Source: the human T2T-CHM13v2.0 reference genome, Homo sapiens
NCBI RefSeq assembly: GCF_009914755.1
Contig: NC_060936.1
Length of the DNA: 64,000 nt
Direction: 5' to 3' (one strand)
Shown: one piece after another, positions 47,251 through 60,917 of the stretch
Layout: every line of letters starts with the position of its first letter
Position numbering within the stretch: position 1 is the stretch's first letter
The notes under the pieces: generated by a model
What the model saw: only the letters and a program-made list of their open reading frames with translations
Told to the model about the DNA's origin: nothing
Database searches by the model: none
Program-made: the position numbers and the translations under genes

Positions 47251-49742
47251 CACACAAACATTTTTACCCTTGTGAAGTAGAAAGCAAGGCACCTTCTGAT
47301 GAAGAGGTGAGATATGGGGCGGAAGGCTTGAGAAGAGTAGTAAAATTCACGAATGAAAGAAAGAGAGATGATCACAAAAGTATAAAAGTATTGACAAGCC
47401 AGTGCATTGGGAGGACATTGATTTATGGATTTATAACAGCATTAGTCCAATTTAATTAAATCCCTCCAGCATTACCCAAAGTGAATGATCAATCAGATTG
47501 ATTGCTTTTGCAGTTTACAGAAAAAAAAAATGAAAAGGATGTTTGTGGGCAAGGTGGGGGAGGATGATAATTTTAAAAATTACTATAGTGAGGCCTTCTG
47601 AGCTGAGATAGGAAGAAAATAAAATTAGAAGGGAATAAAAGACTGAGAGATTCCAAGAGAGCAAGAATCTTAAAAGAAAGACTCTCTTGGATTAAAAATA
47701 TCTAAATTTACACATTAAATGGAGGGGGAATATTGGATTGATGAGATAAAATTGACAGGATTTAGAGAGTGATTGAAAATGGCAAATAAAAAGTAGGGAA
47801 AAATTTGAAACGACTCTCAGAATTCCACCTTGGGTGATGGATGGAGAGTCCAATGCACCATCTAGGGACTTGGGAAAGTGAGTTTTTTTTCCTCTTTTTC
47901 CCTTTTCCTTCCAAGGAGATGACACCAGTGTTAGTCATGTAAGCTGGAGCTGCTTTTCAGACACCTGCATGGAGCTGCTAAGGCAGTTGAAACTGGTAGG
48001 AAATGCTTGAAATAATACGATTTAGGTTGAAGAATGATAATAAGTATGTAAGCAGTAGAAGATAGGAAATAGGTAAAATTGTCCTGGAGGTCAGAACTTC
48101 AAGATGCGCCATCATTGCAGGGAAAATTTTGTTGCCTTTGATCCCACATATTCATAGTTTCCTCCTCAAGTCCCTCTATTATCATAGAGCAACCATCTGT
48201 GTTGGTAAGATTCTCCAGCCACTGTCAGCTTTGTTACTGGCCTGGAGAAATTTGAAACTCCCAGAATGACCCAGAGACTTCCTCTCTTTGTGTTTTTACT
48301 CCATTGCTCCAGCAATGATGGACACCTTTGGTCTCCGAAGGGCTCACATCTGTCAATTGGGCAAGACTCATTTTAACTGCTGGCCAATTTGAATGTTCTC
48401 ACAAACACCACGGCAAAACACTGGATCCAAAGACCATGCCGCTGATTTTCAAAAACTGTCATTAACTGTTCTGACTTATGGTTTCCATCAATATAACAAA
48501 GCATAATCAACCTTCATAATGTAGTTTGCTTTACTCTTTTCATTTGGTGGTTAAAGCAAATTTTGACATCCTTGATATCTCCAGAAACCATATATAAGCC
48601 CTATGGCTTTCTGTGGGAGGGAAAATTGTGCCCGGAGTCTAGACCAGGTACACATTCCTGGAGTAGAGCAGTAATTCAAAATCTCCTTACTTCATGATCT
48701 TGGGTTTCTGTTTCCTGGAGTATTATTTGAAAGTCACCTCTGTATTGCATTCAGCACAGTGAATAATGCACAGTAGGTACTCTGTACATATAATCTGTCC
48801 TCCTCTCTTTTTCCTTCTCCCACTCCCAGTTTTAAAACTGATGTCTATATAATGGATGCACACATAATGAAATTTGCTAACATCTCAGCTCTTTTTTTCA
48901 TATTTAGTATGTTTCAGAAATATGTTATAGTTGGCATATGTTGGTAACTAATATCTATATTATAGTGAAGAACGATTACATGTACTCTTCATCCTTCTAA
49001 ATCTGATTCTTAGGATAACTTTTCACTGGAAGCTACAAATTCTTTCACTTGACTGTCTATGGATTAATTCGTATTATGGAGATGGTTACAAATTTTGTAT
49101 AAGGAGAGTGACCTATACTTTTGACTTCTGGTATGTTATTCTTTACATAACTCCTTACACATAGTAGGTGCTTAATAAACTGTGGATTGGTTTTCTTTCA
49201 AGTGATGGCAGATAAATATATCTTAAATGAATAATTTTAGGGATATTTTAAAAATGTGATGGTAGCTTAAATAAAAAAGTCCAATGTGGAAAGATAATAA
49301 AGTATTGATTAAAAGTATTAATGAAATAAATTTGCTAGATTAGAACTACTTGATAAATAATATTTCTTATTACTAATGTCTTTATTATGTATCTCAAAAA
49401 TCCAAAAGCAGATTAGAAAGTTAACAACTAAATTCATTTTTCCCAAGCTTGTTAATACAAATGGATATATGTAATTTTACTTTTTTCTTAGTGAGTGAAC
49501 TAGTATGTCTGCTTATTAGTTAGCAAAGCCTTACAGGTGTGCACATTTTGAGAAAAATACATGTAAACATTTTCATCTAACCATTTATTTTCATGAAACT
49601 GGGCTTTGGCCAACTATACGTGTTTTAAAATCACTTAAGAACCTTATTACTTTCATTGAAAGTCTTCAAATAAATTATAACATAGTCTACAAAGAAAATA
49701 GGCTCCTAGGGTAGATATATTGTTGCCTTTTATTTTTACAGC

Positions 49743-49844
49743 CCTTCCTTCCTTCCTTCTTTCCTTCCTTCCTTCCTTCCTTCCTTCCTTCCTTCCTTCC
49801 TTCCTTCCTTCCTCCCTTCCTTCCTTTCTTCCTTCTTTCCTTCC
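49743..49844. repeat. (CCTT)n microsatellite
   Basis: Directly visible, about 100 bp of pure pyrimidine. Confidence 0.95.
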
Positions 49845-52164
49845 AGATATATCTGTTGTCTGTCTACTATGTGAAAAGTCCTTAAAGTCAGGGTTTAACA
49901 TGAAGCTTCATAATACTTCCATTGGAGTCAGAAAGACTGGCAATTCAATATACGTGTAAAGAAATGAAAACACAAGATAATTTCAGATTGTGATAAGATC
50001 TATGAAGGAGGCAGATATGGGGCTGTGATAGAGATGTACATACTCACATACTCATAGCATTCAATGAATTTTCAAGAGATCATACTAAGGAATATGGAAA
50101 AAAGCCTGTAGTACAGAGCTTAATGGCAACACAATTTGATTCCAGCTCTCCTTTGCCTGACAAGCAGAACATAATCAAAATAAAGAAGAAACAAGTGATC
50201 TGGGGTGAAGTCACTTTAATTATACTTCTTATATTTAAAAATGGGAAATTAAACTATAAACAGATTATCATATTGATTATGTAAATATAATGATTATCTG
50301 AAAAATGTAAAAACTGGAGATGGGAATCTGGGTTGAAGGCAGAATTACTGTGTTTGTCTGTATGAATTTTTTTTATCCTCCATTCTCTTTTTGCTGCTCT
50401 CACTGAATGTTTATTATGCCAGGCACTGAGCCAGACTCTGAGGGTAGAAAAAGTGAATAAGACATTGTTCCTCTCGTCAAGGAGTTCACAGTCTAGAGGA
50501 TTCATATGACACTTCACATTCCTAAGTTTAGCTCTCTTGGGAAGAAAAAAAAAAAGAAGCAAGTATAAAATTTCTTTGGGTGAAGCAACCTTGACCAAAT
50601 GTAACTATGTAAAAAACCTACCTAAAATCCTTCTCCCTCAGGAACCTAAATGAATCTTTCCCTCACCTCATTCATGGCTCTGCTCAAGTGTTACATTCTC
50701 AGTAAAGTCTTTACCAGCCTTTGAATATAGCATCCTAACTTTCCCCAGGACTTCCCCATCTTTGTTTTTCTCCTTGGCACTCATCATCCTATAAATACCC
50801 TATGATTTAATTATTGATTTATTTTTAAAAATATCTGTCTTGTGCCTCTAAATGGTGAGTTCCACGAGATGAGAAGTTTTGCCTCATTTTGTTCATTCGC
50901 GCATACCCAGTGCCTAGTACGGTACCTGTCTCAAACCTGGTACTCAATTTATATTTATGAATGGAAGAATATTAAGATAATAGAAAAGTAAAATATATGT
51001 TGCTTTTGAAGGATTAAGTAGAAAAGAAACAGAAATAGTTATAATTAAGGCATTATTCTAAACCTTTCAAGGCTACCTCTGTACCTCCAGGTACTCATTG
51101 CTATTTATTGCTACCTAAACCTTGGTAAAGTGTCTTCTGCTCAAATAAAAATAAATTATTTACCATAAATTAGAAGGCAATGATTCAGCTACAGCTCAAA
51201 CTCTACATGAACAGCTTTATCAAGTCATTTCTTTATGTTCTAGAGGATAGCTGACTAAGACAGCTACTCTCAAAAAATGATGTTTAAACAATTATGGTTC
51301 ACCTGCTATACATTTATAATTCATCAATTAAAAAAGAAGTTTCTCTTTTACCTTAGCTTTGGGAAAAGTATTCTCAGAAAGAAAGCTAAGGTTGGATCCT
51401 GTTGGTGATTGTATTGTTTTAAAGATAACAACATTACCATATACATCTTGGCAGCATTTTTGAAGCTCAGCATTTTTGAAGCTCTAGTAGCCAGATTTTA
51501 AATTTTAAAAAATGTAGTTACCAAAATAAGGCTTTTCCAGTGTTTAAAAAGCTCAATGAGACTATATATTAAAGTGCAGTCCATTGATGACCATGTCTTA
51601 TATTAAAAAAATATAATTGTGTTCTTGAACACTTTTAAAGGCCGAGGTAGCTTGTTTATTTACAATAATAATGGGGCCAGCTGTTATCTTAAGCAAAAGT
51701 TACAAGTAACATCGATAAGTGGAGTTTAAAATGGAGGAAATTTCCTCCCTCAGGGAAGAAATATTCTCACAGAACAATTTTTCAGGTATCAGAGAATATG
51801 AAGGTGGTTGATGCCAACCTACACTCATTGTTCTGAGCCCTTAAGGGTGGAAGGCCGACTAACTTGACTGGGCTCTTAAAACAAACAAACACAAAAGACA
51901 TGGGACAATTGCATATTTAGGATACCAAATGTAGCTTGCAGGCCAAAAACACACACACGAAAGAAGGGAAGATGGTCTTATTCCTGAAGCTCACAACTAG
52001 AGATTTGGTGGGAAATATGTAATAGAAAGGTTGTTGTAGGCATTTTCTCCTTGTTGCTTGGTTAGCATAAAGCATTTAGTAAAATCATATTGGGTATATA
52101 AATACCCAATACATTTGAATGATAAATCCATTTTCCTTGGAATGAAAGCAGATAAAGGCATGGG

Positions 52165-52410
52165 TCCCGGAGCTAGACCCCTCAGGCACAACGTTAACTC
52201 TACCACTTCCTTCTTGTGTGATTTTGGGCAAATTAATTAACTTGTGTAAGTCTCAGATTCCTCCTCTTAATATAGGTTTATGATTATAACTCTTAGCTGT
52301 ACTATCTTATAGGACTATTTTATTAAATTACATAATACATGCGTAAGTTCCTAAATAAATGCCTGGCATATGTTAAGATATCCATAAATGCTAGCTGTTC
52401 TTATTGCTAT
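52165..52410 (+). mobile_element. MIR SINE
   Basis: 'ctctaccacttccttcttgtgtgattttgggcaaattaattaac...tgcctggcatatgttaagatatccataaatgctagctg'. Confidence 0.7.
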
Positions 52411-52610
52411 TATTAATATTATTCAGTCAAATCCATCCAAAAAATACAGAGACTTCTCCAAAATACCGAGGAATTTAAAAGGATAAAATATTTTAAATTT
52501 TCTTGTCTGTTAGTCTAAGACTTTTAAACAGAGCAATCTTCTTAGAGGGATTTATTACCATTGTTTTGAGATCTATTGGTGAATGCAATTTCAGACTTCC
52601 CTGATTTTAA

Positions 52611-53026
<416 letters not shown>

Positions 53027-53722
53027 CAAAATATTTTAAGAAGTAGTTCAACTGCGTTGAAAATCTTAGCTGTGCTTTAACATTACGAAGATATTTATAC
53101 CATAAAGTCCTTTTGCTTTTCATAAATTGTATGCTCCGGATTACACTTTAGATTCACACTTCTAACTTTCCATATAATCACAGAATAATTCCTGGGCAAC
53201 AGTCTGCCCTGGGATTCTCACTCTACAGAGATGGGGCCAGGCAGCAGATCCCTATCCTCAATAAAGGAGCAACTTGATCCATGTTAAACTGCAATACAAT
53301 GACTATTTAGAGCACTAAAAATATACTACTTGGTTTCTTTCTTTCCTTTTTCATTTGTAATAGTTAATTAAATAAGACTGAATGAGAATATAGCCTTTCT
53401 GTTTGTATTCTACTATAAGTTTTAGAATTAATTTTTCCTTTTTAATTTTCTCTCATTCATTGTTATTTTCAACAATAGAAAAATATTTCCTAGTAAAATT
53501 TCACTTATGGTTAAATTTTGGGATCTTCTGGGATGTATTAGACCTCCCCAACTTGTCTTCGTGAAGAAAAGAGAATATTTAAAGCTGGTAGTGAACCATT
53601 CTCAGTGCAAGGTTTCCCTCTTCATTATTTAAGCTTATATTAATTCAGTGATTTCTGGTAAAGATTTCTCTTGTGCAAGAGTGTCTAAATATTTCTACAG
53701 TGGTTCTAGCCATACATTGTAT

Positions 53723-54426
53723 TGATATAGACAGGAGGCAGGAATGTGGGGTGCCTGGTGAGGGCTCCATCCTCAAGTCTGGACCCACAGCCCTAAATGA
53801 GAACAGTCATTCCTACTTTTATGCCCAAATACTGCCTTTTGGCTGACGATGCCCCCTATCCTGTGTCCATGTAAACTCCAAATGGCTGGCTCTATGAGCA
53901 GAAGAGTGGCAGAGCAGCACAGTGGCAGAATGGTGCAGCAGAGAAGGACAGAAGAGAAGGGGCACTTGAATGTCGAGAGGAATTTGGCTAGGGATGGTCA
54001 GAGAGGAGATTGGCCATAGGATGGCTGAACTCCAGGGGAAGATCATCCTTCTCCTCCATCCCGTTTCATGCTCCCCATCCATCCCACTGAAAGCCACCTC
54101 CATCATTCAATAAAATCCCTGCATTCACCATCCTTCAAGTTTGTGTGACCTTCCCGGATGCTGGAGAAGGACCCAGGTACAAAGAGAGCAGGTGTAAAAG
54201 GCTGTTACCCTGACACTCCACTGAGCTGGGTAACAGCCGTCCCTAGACAGCAAAGATAAAGGAGCATTGTAACACACCTAGACACTGCCTTGGGTCCGGA
54301 GCCCAGAAGCTCTCACTCCAGCTCACCTGCATGCTTCTTGTAAGGGTTTGAGTGTGCAACAGCCCAGTGAACAAGTCACATCCCTGGCGCCAGTCCCGTG
54401 AGGGGTCAGGGAACTCTCCTGTTTCA
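53723..54426 (+). mobile_element. ERV1 solo LTR (MER50-like)
   Basis: 'tgatatagacaggaggcagg' ... 'gggaactctcctgtttca'; internal AATAAA; 4-bp TSD gtat (53719-53722 / 54427-54430). Confidence 0.85.
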
Positions 54427-54776
54427 GTATCCTCTTAAATTAATATAAAATCTGAGATTTTACTGATTTAATAACAGTTTAAAATTTCATATCTACATTA
54501 CCATAAGAGATTAACATGTAGGTTACTGATATTAAAATTTAAAATAGAAAAAAAACAAAGATGTGAAAAACAACAACAACAAATTAAGCTGTGTCCTCTG
54601 GATTTCCAGAATTATTTATTTATTATTTATAAAGTGATGTGTTTAGATGCTTGGAAGGTGACCAGGATCAAGGTAAGCCTCTATTATGTCTTTGTGCCAT
54701 ATGAAAAAGTTTAATTTCATTACAGCATTTTTCTATTACACAAACATCTGTCAATAGGGAAGACTGATCTTCAGAA

Positions 54777-54803
54777 ACACACACACACACACACACACAC
54801 ACA
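54777..54803. repeat. (AC)n microsatellite
   Basis: Directly visible. Confidence 0.95.
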
Positions 54804-55423
54804 AATGTTAAATTGTAATAACTTATAAACTATGGTGCCTGGTGGACTCCCACTTGCAGATTTCCAAGATGCAAGTATCACACAGGTCAACTCACTGATG
54901 AGCTGGAGCACTGGAGGGTTGGGGATAACTTCCCTGGGGATATTAGTAAGAGTTTAGATGAAACATAAAGGATCACTGGCAGCTTCAGGTCTATGCCAAG
55001 GCTACTTGGCTTCTCGCACCGTAGTGTCATCCCATAAGGCCCTGCTCATTCCTTTACTACTCATACCTCGTGGTTATACTTTCCTTTTTTTCTTCTTTAA
55101 TTGGAAAGATATACTGACCAGTACAATGGGTAATATAACAAGCATGTGTCTACCTCCAAAAGTGATTGATTTTTTTTCATATTTGCCTTTTTTGTACCTT
55201 GAACACTTCTCAGTAGTGTACTTCGCTGGCTTCAGCAGAGTGACAATACTCAGAAAAGGTAGCCCAGCATGTGTAATGGTAGATTGCATGCCATTTCTGT
55301 TATTGAACAGGTTCATAAAAATGGACTACATCAGATTAACAGAAATGCTTGTATGTTCAGGGCAGGCACTACTCATGATATTTTTCTATTTATGACTTTT
55401 TGTTCTGATCAGCAATGCATTGG

Positions 55424-56117
55424 TACTATAGTTTGTCTGTTTGTCCCTTCCAAACCTCATGTTGAAATGTGATGTTGGAAGTGAGAACTAATGGGAAGTG
55501 TTTGGATCATGGGGATGGATCCCTCATCAATGGCTTGGTGCCATCCCTGAAGCATTGATTGAGTTCTCAACTTATATAAACAGGTACATATATTTAGGAG
55601 ATAAAGAACAAAGTTTATTAGGGAATTAAATTTGTCCAAGGAATTAGAGAATTAAAATTGTCCCTTTCAATTGGATATCTTCTAAAAGGCCAAGATGTAC
55701 TGAAACATTGAATACAATCTCCTCTAATACCACAACTTTTCTCATCATGGCCCAGAATTTAGAAGATGCCTGCATCTTCTAACTTCAGCAACAGTAACTG
55801 CATGGGTAACTGTACAAAATGCATATACTTAGTCTATTGTTAGAGTAAGTATTAAATGTAAATCGTACTCTATTATTTCTGATGAGAGGTGGTTGTTAAA
55901 GAGAGTGTGGCACCTCCCCACTCTTCCTCTGGCTTCCTCTCCTGCTATGTGATCTCTGCACACACTGGTTTCCCTTCACATTCCATCAGCCTGAGGCCCT
56001 CACTAGGTGCAGATGCTGGTGCCATCCTTCTTGAACAGTCTGCAGAACTGTAAGCCAAATAAGCCTCTCTTCTGTATAAATTACCTAGATCAAGTATTCC
56101 TTTATAGGACTGAGACA
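55424..56117 (+). mobile_element. MaLR solo LTR (MST-like) split by a ~297-bp non-LTR insert at 55570-55866
   Basis: Left half ends 'gagttctca' (55569) and right half resumes 'actctatta...ggttgttaaa' (55867); ends 'gactgagaca'. Confidence 0.8.
55573..55823 (+). repeat. Direct duplicate of 57051-57183 + 57994-58100
   Basis: Manual alignment: 55717-55823 vs 57994-58100 differ at 8 of 107 positions; the left part is somewhat more diverged. Confidence 0.92.
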
Positions 56118-57183
56118 ACTGATCTCAGGAAATTAAGCTCTTAAACATAATGGAATGGTCAACGTAAGAATTTGCATGTATCTAAATCAGCTTAAGAAAA
56201 TAAACCTGAAGATATACAGGTTTATTGAGAGGAGCAAATGTCCTTGAACTTGACATAATGAACTCTTCCTATTGAAAAGTGATACATAGGCCAGATTCTC
56301 CAATTTGGCACCACTCAGTATCCTACTTGCAAAAGAAGGAATCCTTTTACCCTGTGTGGAAAGAAGCACAACCACTCAGGTTGCAGACCAGTAGTAACTT
56401 TGTGATCCTCAATTTTCTTGTCTGTAAAATGAGAGAATTATGGTAAAGATAATACTTTGTAGACTTTGGAAAGGAGTCTGTAACACCATGTCATGGAAGT
56501 GTCTTTTTGCCCTGATTGAGCTAAGCAGAAGGAATGAGTAAACATTAATTTAAAATTTGAGTCAAGATGAATTTTCTTTATGAACTAGATGGAGCCCTGG
56601 ACTTTTCTCTAAAAAATAGGACTTACTAATGACTTCACTATTTTGGAAATCCAGTCAAATTATATATTCGCTCAGAGCTTTAATGTCTTCATCTTTAAAG
56701 AGAACAACTATATCTCAAGACATTGTTGTTGGGGCTAAATGGAATCATGAAGGCACTTTTGAATAAAGGCACATTGTCAACTATTTTTATATGAAGATAC
56801 AATTACTTAAAATAAAGATAAATCCTATATTACACCAAAAACTTACTCTCAATCTATTTTCATTAATATTATTTCATTTTGAAAGCAAACCTTTCTTAAA
56901 ACAGGAGTTATGTTTGCTTAGTTATATGTAATAAAGAAAAGAAGAAAGAAAAAACCAAAGAAAAGAAAATAAAAGGAAAGAAAAGCTTTCCTAATTCCAT
57001 CAAGTGTCTTAGATCTTTAGTGGGCAAAATTATACTCTCTAACATCAAAATATATAAACAGTTATATATATACTTAGGAGATACAGAACAAAGTTTATTA
57101 AAAAATTAAGTTTGTCCAAGGACTGATTCCTTTTCAATTGGGTATTTTCTAAAAGGCCAAAATGTATTAAAACACTGAATACC

Positions 57184-57978
57184 TTTGGGTATATACCCGG
57201 TAATGGGATGCCTAGGTCAAACGGTATTTCTATTTCTAGATCCTTGAGGAATTGCCACACTGTCTTCCACAATGGTTGAACTAGTTTACAGTCCCACCAA
57301 CAGTGTAAAAGAGTTCCTATTTCTCCACATCCTCTCCAGCATCTGTTGTTTCCTGACTTTTTAATGATTGCCATTCTAATTGGTGTGAGATGGTATCTCA
57401 TTGTGGTTTTGATTTGCATTTCTCTGATGGCTAGTGATGATGAGCATTTTTTAAATCATGCTGCTATAAAGACACATGCACACGTATGTTTACTGCGGCA
57501 CTATTCACAATAGCAAAGACTTGGAACCAACCCAAATGTCCAACAATGATAGACTGGATTAAGAAAATGTGGCACACATACACCATGGAATACTATGCAG
57601 CCATAAAAAAGGGATGAGCTCATGTCCTTTGTAGGGACATGGATGAAGCTGGAAGCCATCATTCTCAGCAAACTATCGCAAGGACAAAAAACCAAACACC
57701 ACATGTTCTCACTAATAGGTGGGAATTGAACAATGAGAACACTTGGACACAGGAAGGGGAATGTCACACACTGGGGCCTGTCGTGGGGTGGGGGGAAGGG
57801 GGAGGGATAGCATTAGGAGATATACATCATGTAAATGACGAGTTAATAGGTGCAGCCCACCAACATGGCATATATATACATATGTGACAAACCTGCACAT
57901 TGTGCACATGTACCCTAGAACTTAAAGCATAACAATAAAAAAATTTAAAAACAAAAAACAAAAAGCATCAACAACAAA
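57184..57978 (+). mobile_element. Short L1PA (about PA5-PA7) with 5' inversion (57184-57451 antisense; 57452-57978 sense plus A-rich tail)
   Basis: Perfect 15-bp TSD aaaacactgaatacc (57169-57183 / 57979-57993) at a canonical TT/AAAA site; ORF2 C-terminal peptide on the minus strand; 3' UTR 'gtaaatgacgagttaa...cacattgtgcacatgtaccctagaac'. Confidence 0.93.
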
Positions 57979-59102
57979 AAAACACTGAATACCATCTCCT
58001 CTAATGCCACAACTTTTCTCATCATGGCCCAGAATTTAGAAGATGCCAGCATCTTCTAACATCAGCAACAGCAACTGCATATGTAACTGTCCGAAATGCA
58101 AACATGTGTATGGAAAGTACAAGCAATAATTAAGAAGTGAAACGACACACCTCACATACACGAAGAAAGTGAATAATGGTATGAAGAGTTTTACTCTTTT
58201 TTACATGCTCCATAATATTGAATTACTTTTATTCTGCAGCTATGTCTTCCAAATATAAAAAAATTGAAAAGCATAATCATTTAGGTAAATGTGTTTATCT
58301 TTAGGTACAGGTGATAATTAAGCTTATAGGAAATTATGAACGCTGCATTTATCAAGAATAAATCTGGTTTGATTGTGCCATTAAGCTGGAGTTTCATCCA
58401 GCCTTAAGTTTGTATCTGCAGAAGAAACAAAATTGTGTGTTAATTTTTAAAGAAAAATTAAAGAAAGTGAAGTTTAAAATACATGTACTAATTGTAAATG
58501 CACATTTTCATTTCGTTGAAGTGCAATGAAGTGTTTTTGCTTCACTTTCACACACACATATTCACATATACACACAAATATAAATAAATTAGTATGTGAT
58601 AACACGTATTATGAAAGGTCTTTCACACTGGAAAATATTGACCTCCACATGTGAGACATTTTTCTTAAGTGCTAACGATGTAAAGAAAATCTCTGACCTC
58701 AATGTGCAGGGAGGTACCACCTGTACAAAAAGAATTGTAATTTGATTAGGTAAATAGTGGAATGGAGGTGTGCATAGGGCCTAAGGGAATTCATGGTAGG
58801 TATCCCTAAACCATATTTTCTGATGTTGGAGCTGAGAGATGACACAGAGTAGAGCAGGAGTTGATTGGGCAAATATGCTAGTATTTGTGCCGATAGGCCA
58901 GAGATTTCCAGGCAGAGAGAACAGCAAGTGCAATCTTCATAGGTTCTGTGTACCCCTTTCTGATGCCTATTTACTTACTCAACTCCATAAGTGGGCATTC
59001 CTGCCTTTATGCCCCAGCTCTCTCAGCTTGTTCTCTTTGAACACAAGCTTCACTTCTGTATGTCCAATGCCTGGTACAGGCCTTGACATTTAATAAATAA
59101 TG

Positions 59103-59355
59103 AGGAGGCAATCTAGTATAATGAAAAAAACACTTAATTTGGGGTAAATTCTGAGTTTGAATTCCATCTCTTGCACTTACTAGCAATACATAGAGTGAAT
59201 TATATAATATTTTGAGACTTACTTTTATCATCTGTAAGATGAGAATAATAGGTACCTAACTTTGGAATATGTTATGAAGAGTAAATGAGATAATGAATAT
59301 AAAGTACACATTAAAGTGCCAATTGTATACTAAGGATAGAATATGTGATAGCTAT
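59103..59355 (+). mobile_element. MIR SINE
   Basis: 'ctgagtttgaattccatctcttgcacttactagc...tcatctgtaagatgagaataataggtaccta'. Confidence 0.7.
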
Positions 59356-59622
59356 AGAGGAGATTTCTGGTTATCTATCAGTGAATTCTCTACTCATCTA
59401 ATTTAGTAAAAGTAACCTTCTGAAGTTGTGATTACACTTCCTAGTCTATGTTGAGCCTAGGAGTAATAATATGAATAAGTTCTGGCTGATGGAAGACTAG
59501 TGAAAAATTCTGTTTCTTCCTTCTTGTTGAAAACAATGGCTGGAAAGTAAGGGTTAATTTTATACTATGTGATTGAAGCTACCATCAAGCTTTAAGAAAA
59601 AGAGAATGTGTATCCTTTATTC

Positions 59623-60135
59623 CAGGGGAACCCAGCCCACGGCCACGGACCTGTTAGGAACCGGACTGCAGAGCAGTAGGTGAGTGGCAGGTGAGTGAGC
59701 AAAACTTCATCGGTATTTACAGTCACTCCCCATCGCTCTCATTACTGCCCGAGCTCTGTCTCATGTCAGATCAGCGGTGACATTAGATTCTCATAGGAGC
59801 ACGAATTCTATCATGAACTATGCATGCAAGGGATCTAAGTTGCATGCTCCTTAGAAGAATCTAATGCCTGATGATCTGTCACTGTCTCCCATCACCCCCA
59901 GATGGGAACATCTAGTTGCAGGAAATCAAGCTCACGGATCCCACTGATTCTACATTATGGTGAGTTGTATAATTATTTAATTATTTATTACAATGTAATA
60001 ATAATAAAAATACAGTGCACAATAAATGTAGTGTGCTTGAATCATCCTGAAACCATCCTGCCCTCCCCAGTCCACGGAAAAATTGTCTTCCACAAAATCA
60101 GTCCCTGGTGCCTGAAAGGTTGAGGACCACTGCTG
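59623..60135 (+). mobile_element. MER1A-like hAT-Charlie DNA transposon
   Basis: Termini cagggg... and ...gaccactgctg; perfect 8-bp TSD ctttattc (59615-59622 / 60136-60143); internal 'gtcagatcagcggtgacattagattctcatagg'. Confidence 0.9.
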
Positions 60136-60856
60136 CTTTATTCCATAGTTAAACTGAAGCTCCCACTTCTGAACTTTTCCCGTGAAAGAATAAAACTGTT
60201 AATTTGACTTTCTCAATACTGGTAGAGTAGTAGTAGTAGCGGGTATCATTGATAATGGAATAGTGGTATTGGTAGTCATTGAAAGTTCAAATTCATAGAG
60301 TTTTGAGAGAGTGTAGTACATCTGGGTAACTGTACATGGGTTTGCAAGGGGTAGGGTGAGGTTAGGGGAGAGCGAGAGAGCCATAAGAACACTGGTAATT
60401 CATGTTAAGGACCATGGATTTAAACTATTGATTCATTTTAAGCATGAGTGTGAAATCAGATTTCATTTTAGATAGCTCATTCCACTCAGGGACAAAAAGG
60501 ATTAATAAGCATTCCCTCTTAAGAAAGGGAGGCGGGATGCAAAGAGTCTAGTTAGAAGACCTACTCAGATATTCAAAAGAGAAAAGCTGATGGTCTAAAC
60601 ACAGGTAGAGGGCACAGCCATGGACATGTGTAGCTGGTCTAAGACACATTTAGAAGACAGGTTGTTTCAAAGACTGGTGACTCTTCATGTCAAGGATGAG
60701 TTAAGCAGAAGAGGAAAGAATAACTCAGATTGTGAGCTTGGAGTAATAGGCTGAGTGAATATTTGGGTTGCGAGATGATTTCTATTTTGGAAATGCCAAG
60801 TGAGGTGCCCAAGGAACACTCATTTTGAGATATCTTGTAGGCATTTATGCATTCAG

Positions 60857-60917
60857 CATCACTATCATCACCACCATCACCATTATTATCACCATCATCA
60901 TTCTCTTCATTATCATC
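60857..60917. repeat. Degenerate (CAT/CAC)n trinucleotide repeat
   Basis: Directly visible. Confidence 0.75.

Noticed and set aside
49653-49959. ORFs with (RKEG)n and (PSFL)n repeats
   Set aside because: Translations of the (CCTT)n microsatellite.
54958-55395. 145-aa plus-strand ORF
   Set aside because: No recognisable homology; Phe/Leu-rich composition typical of chance ORFs in AT-rich DNA.
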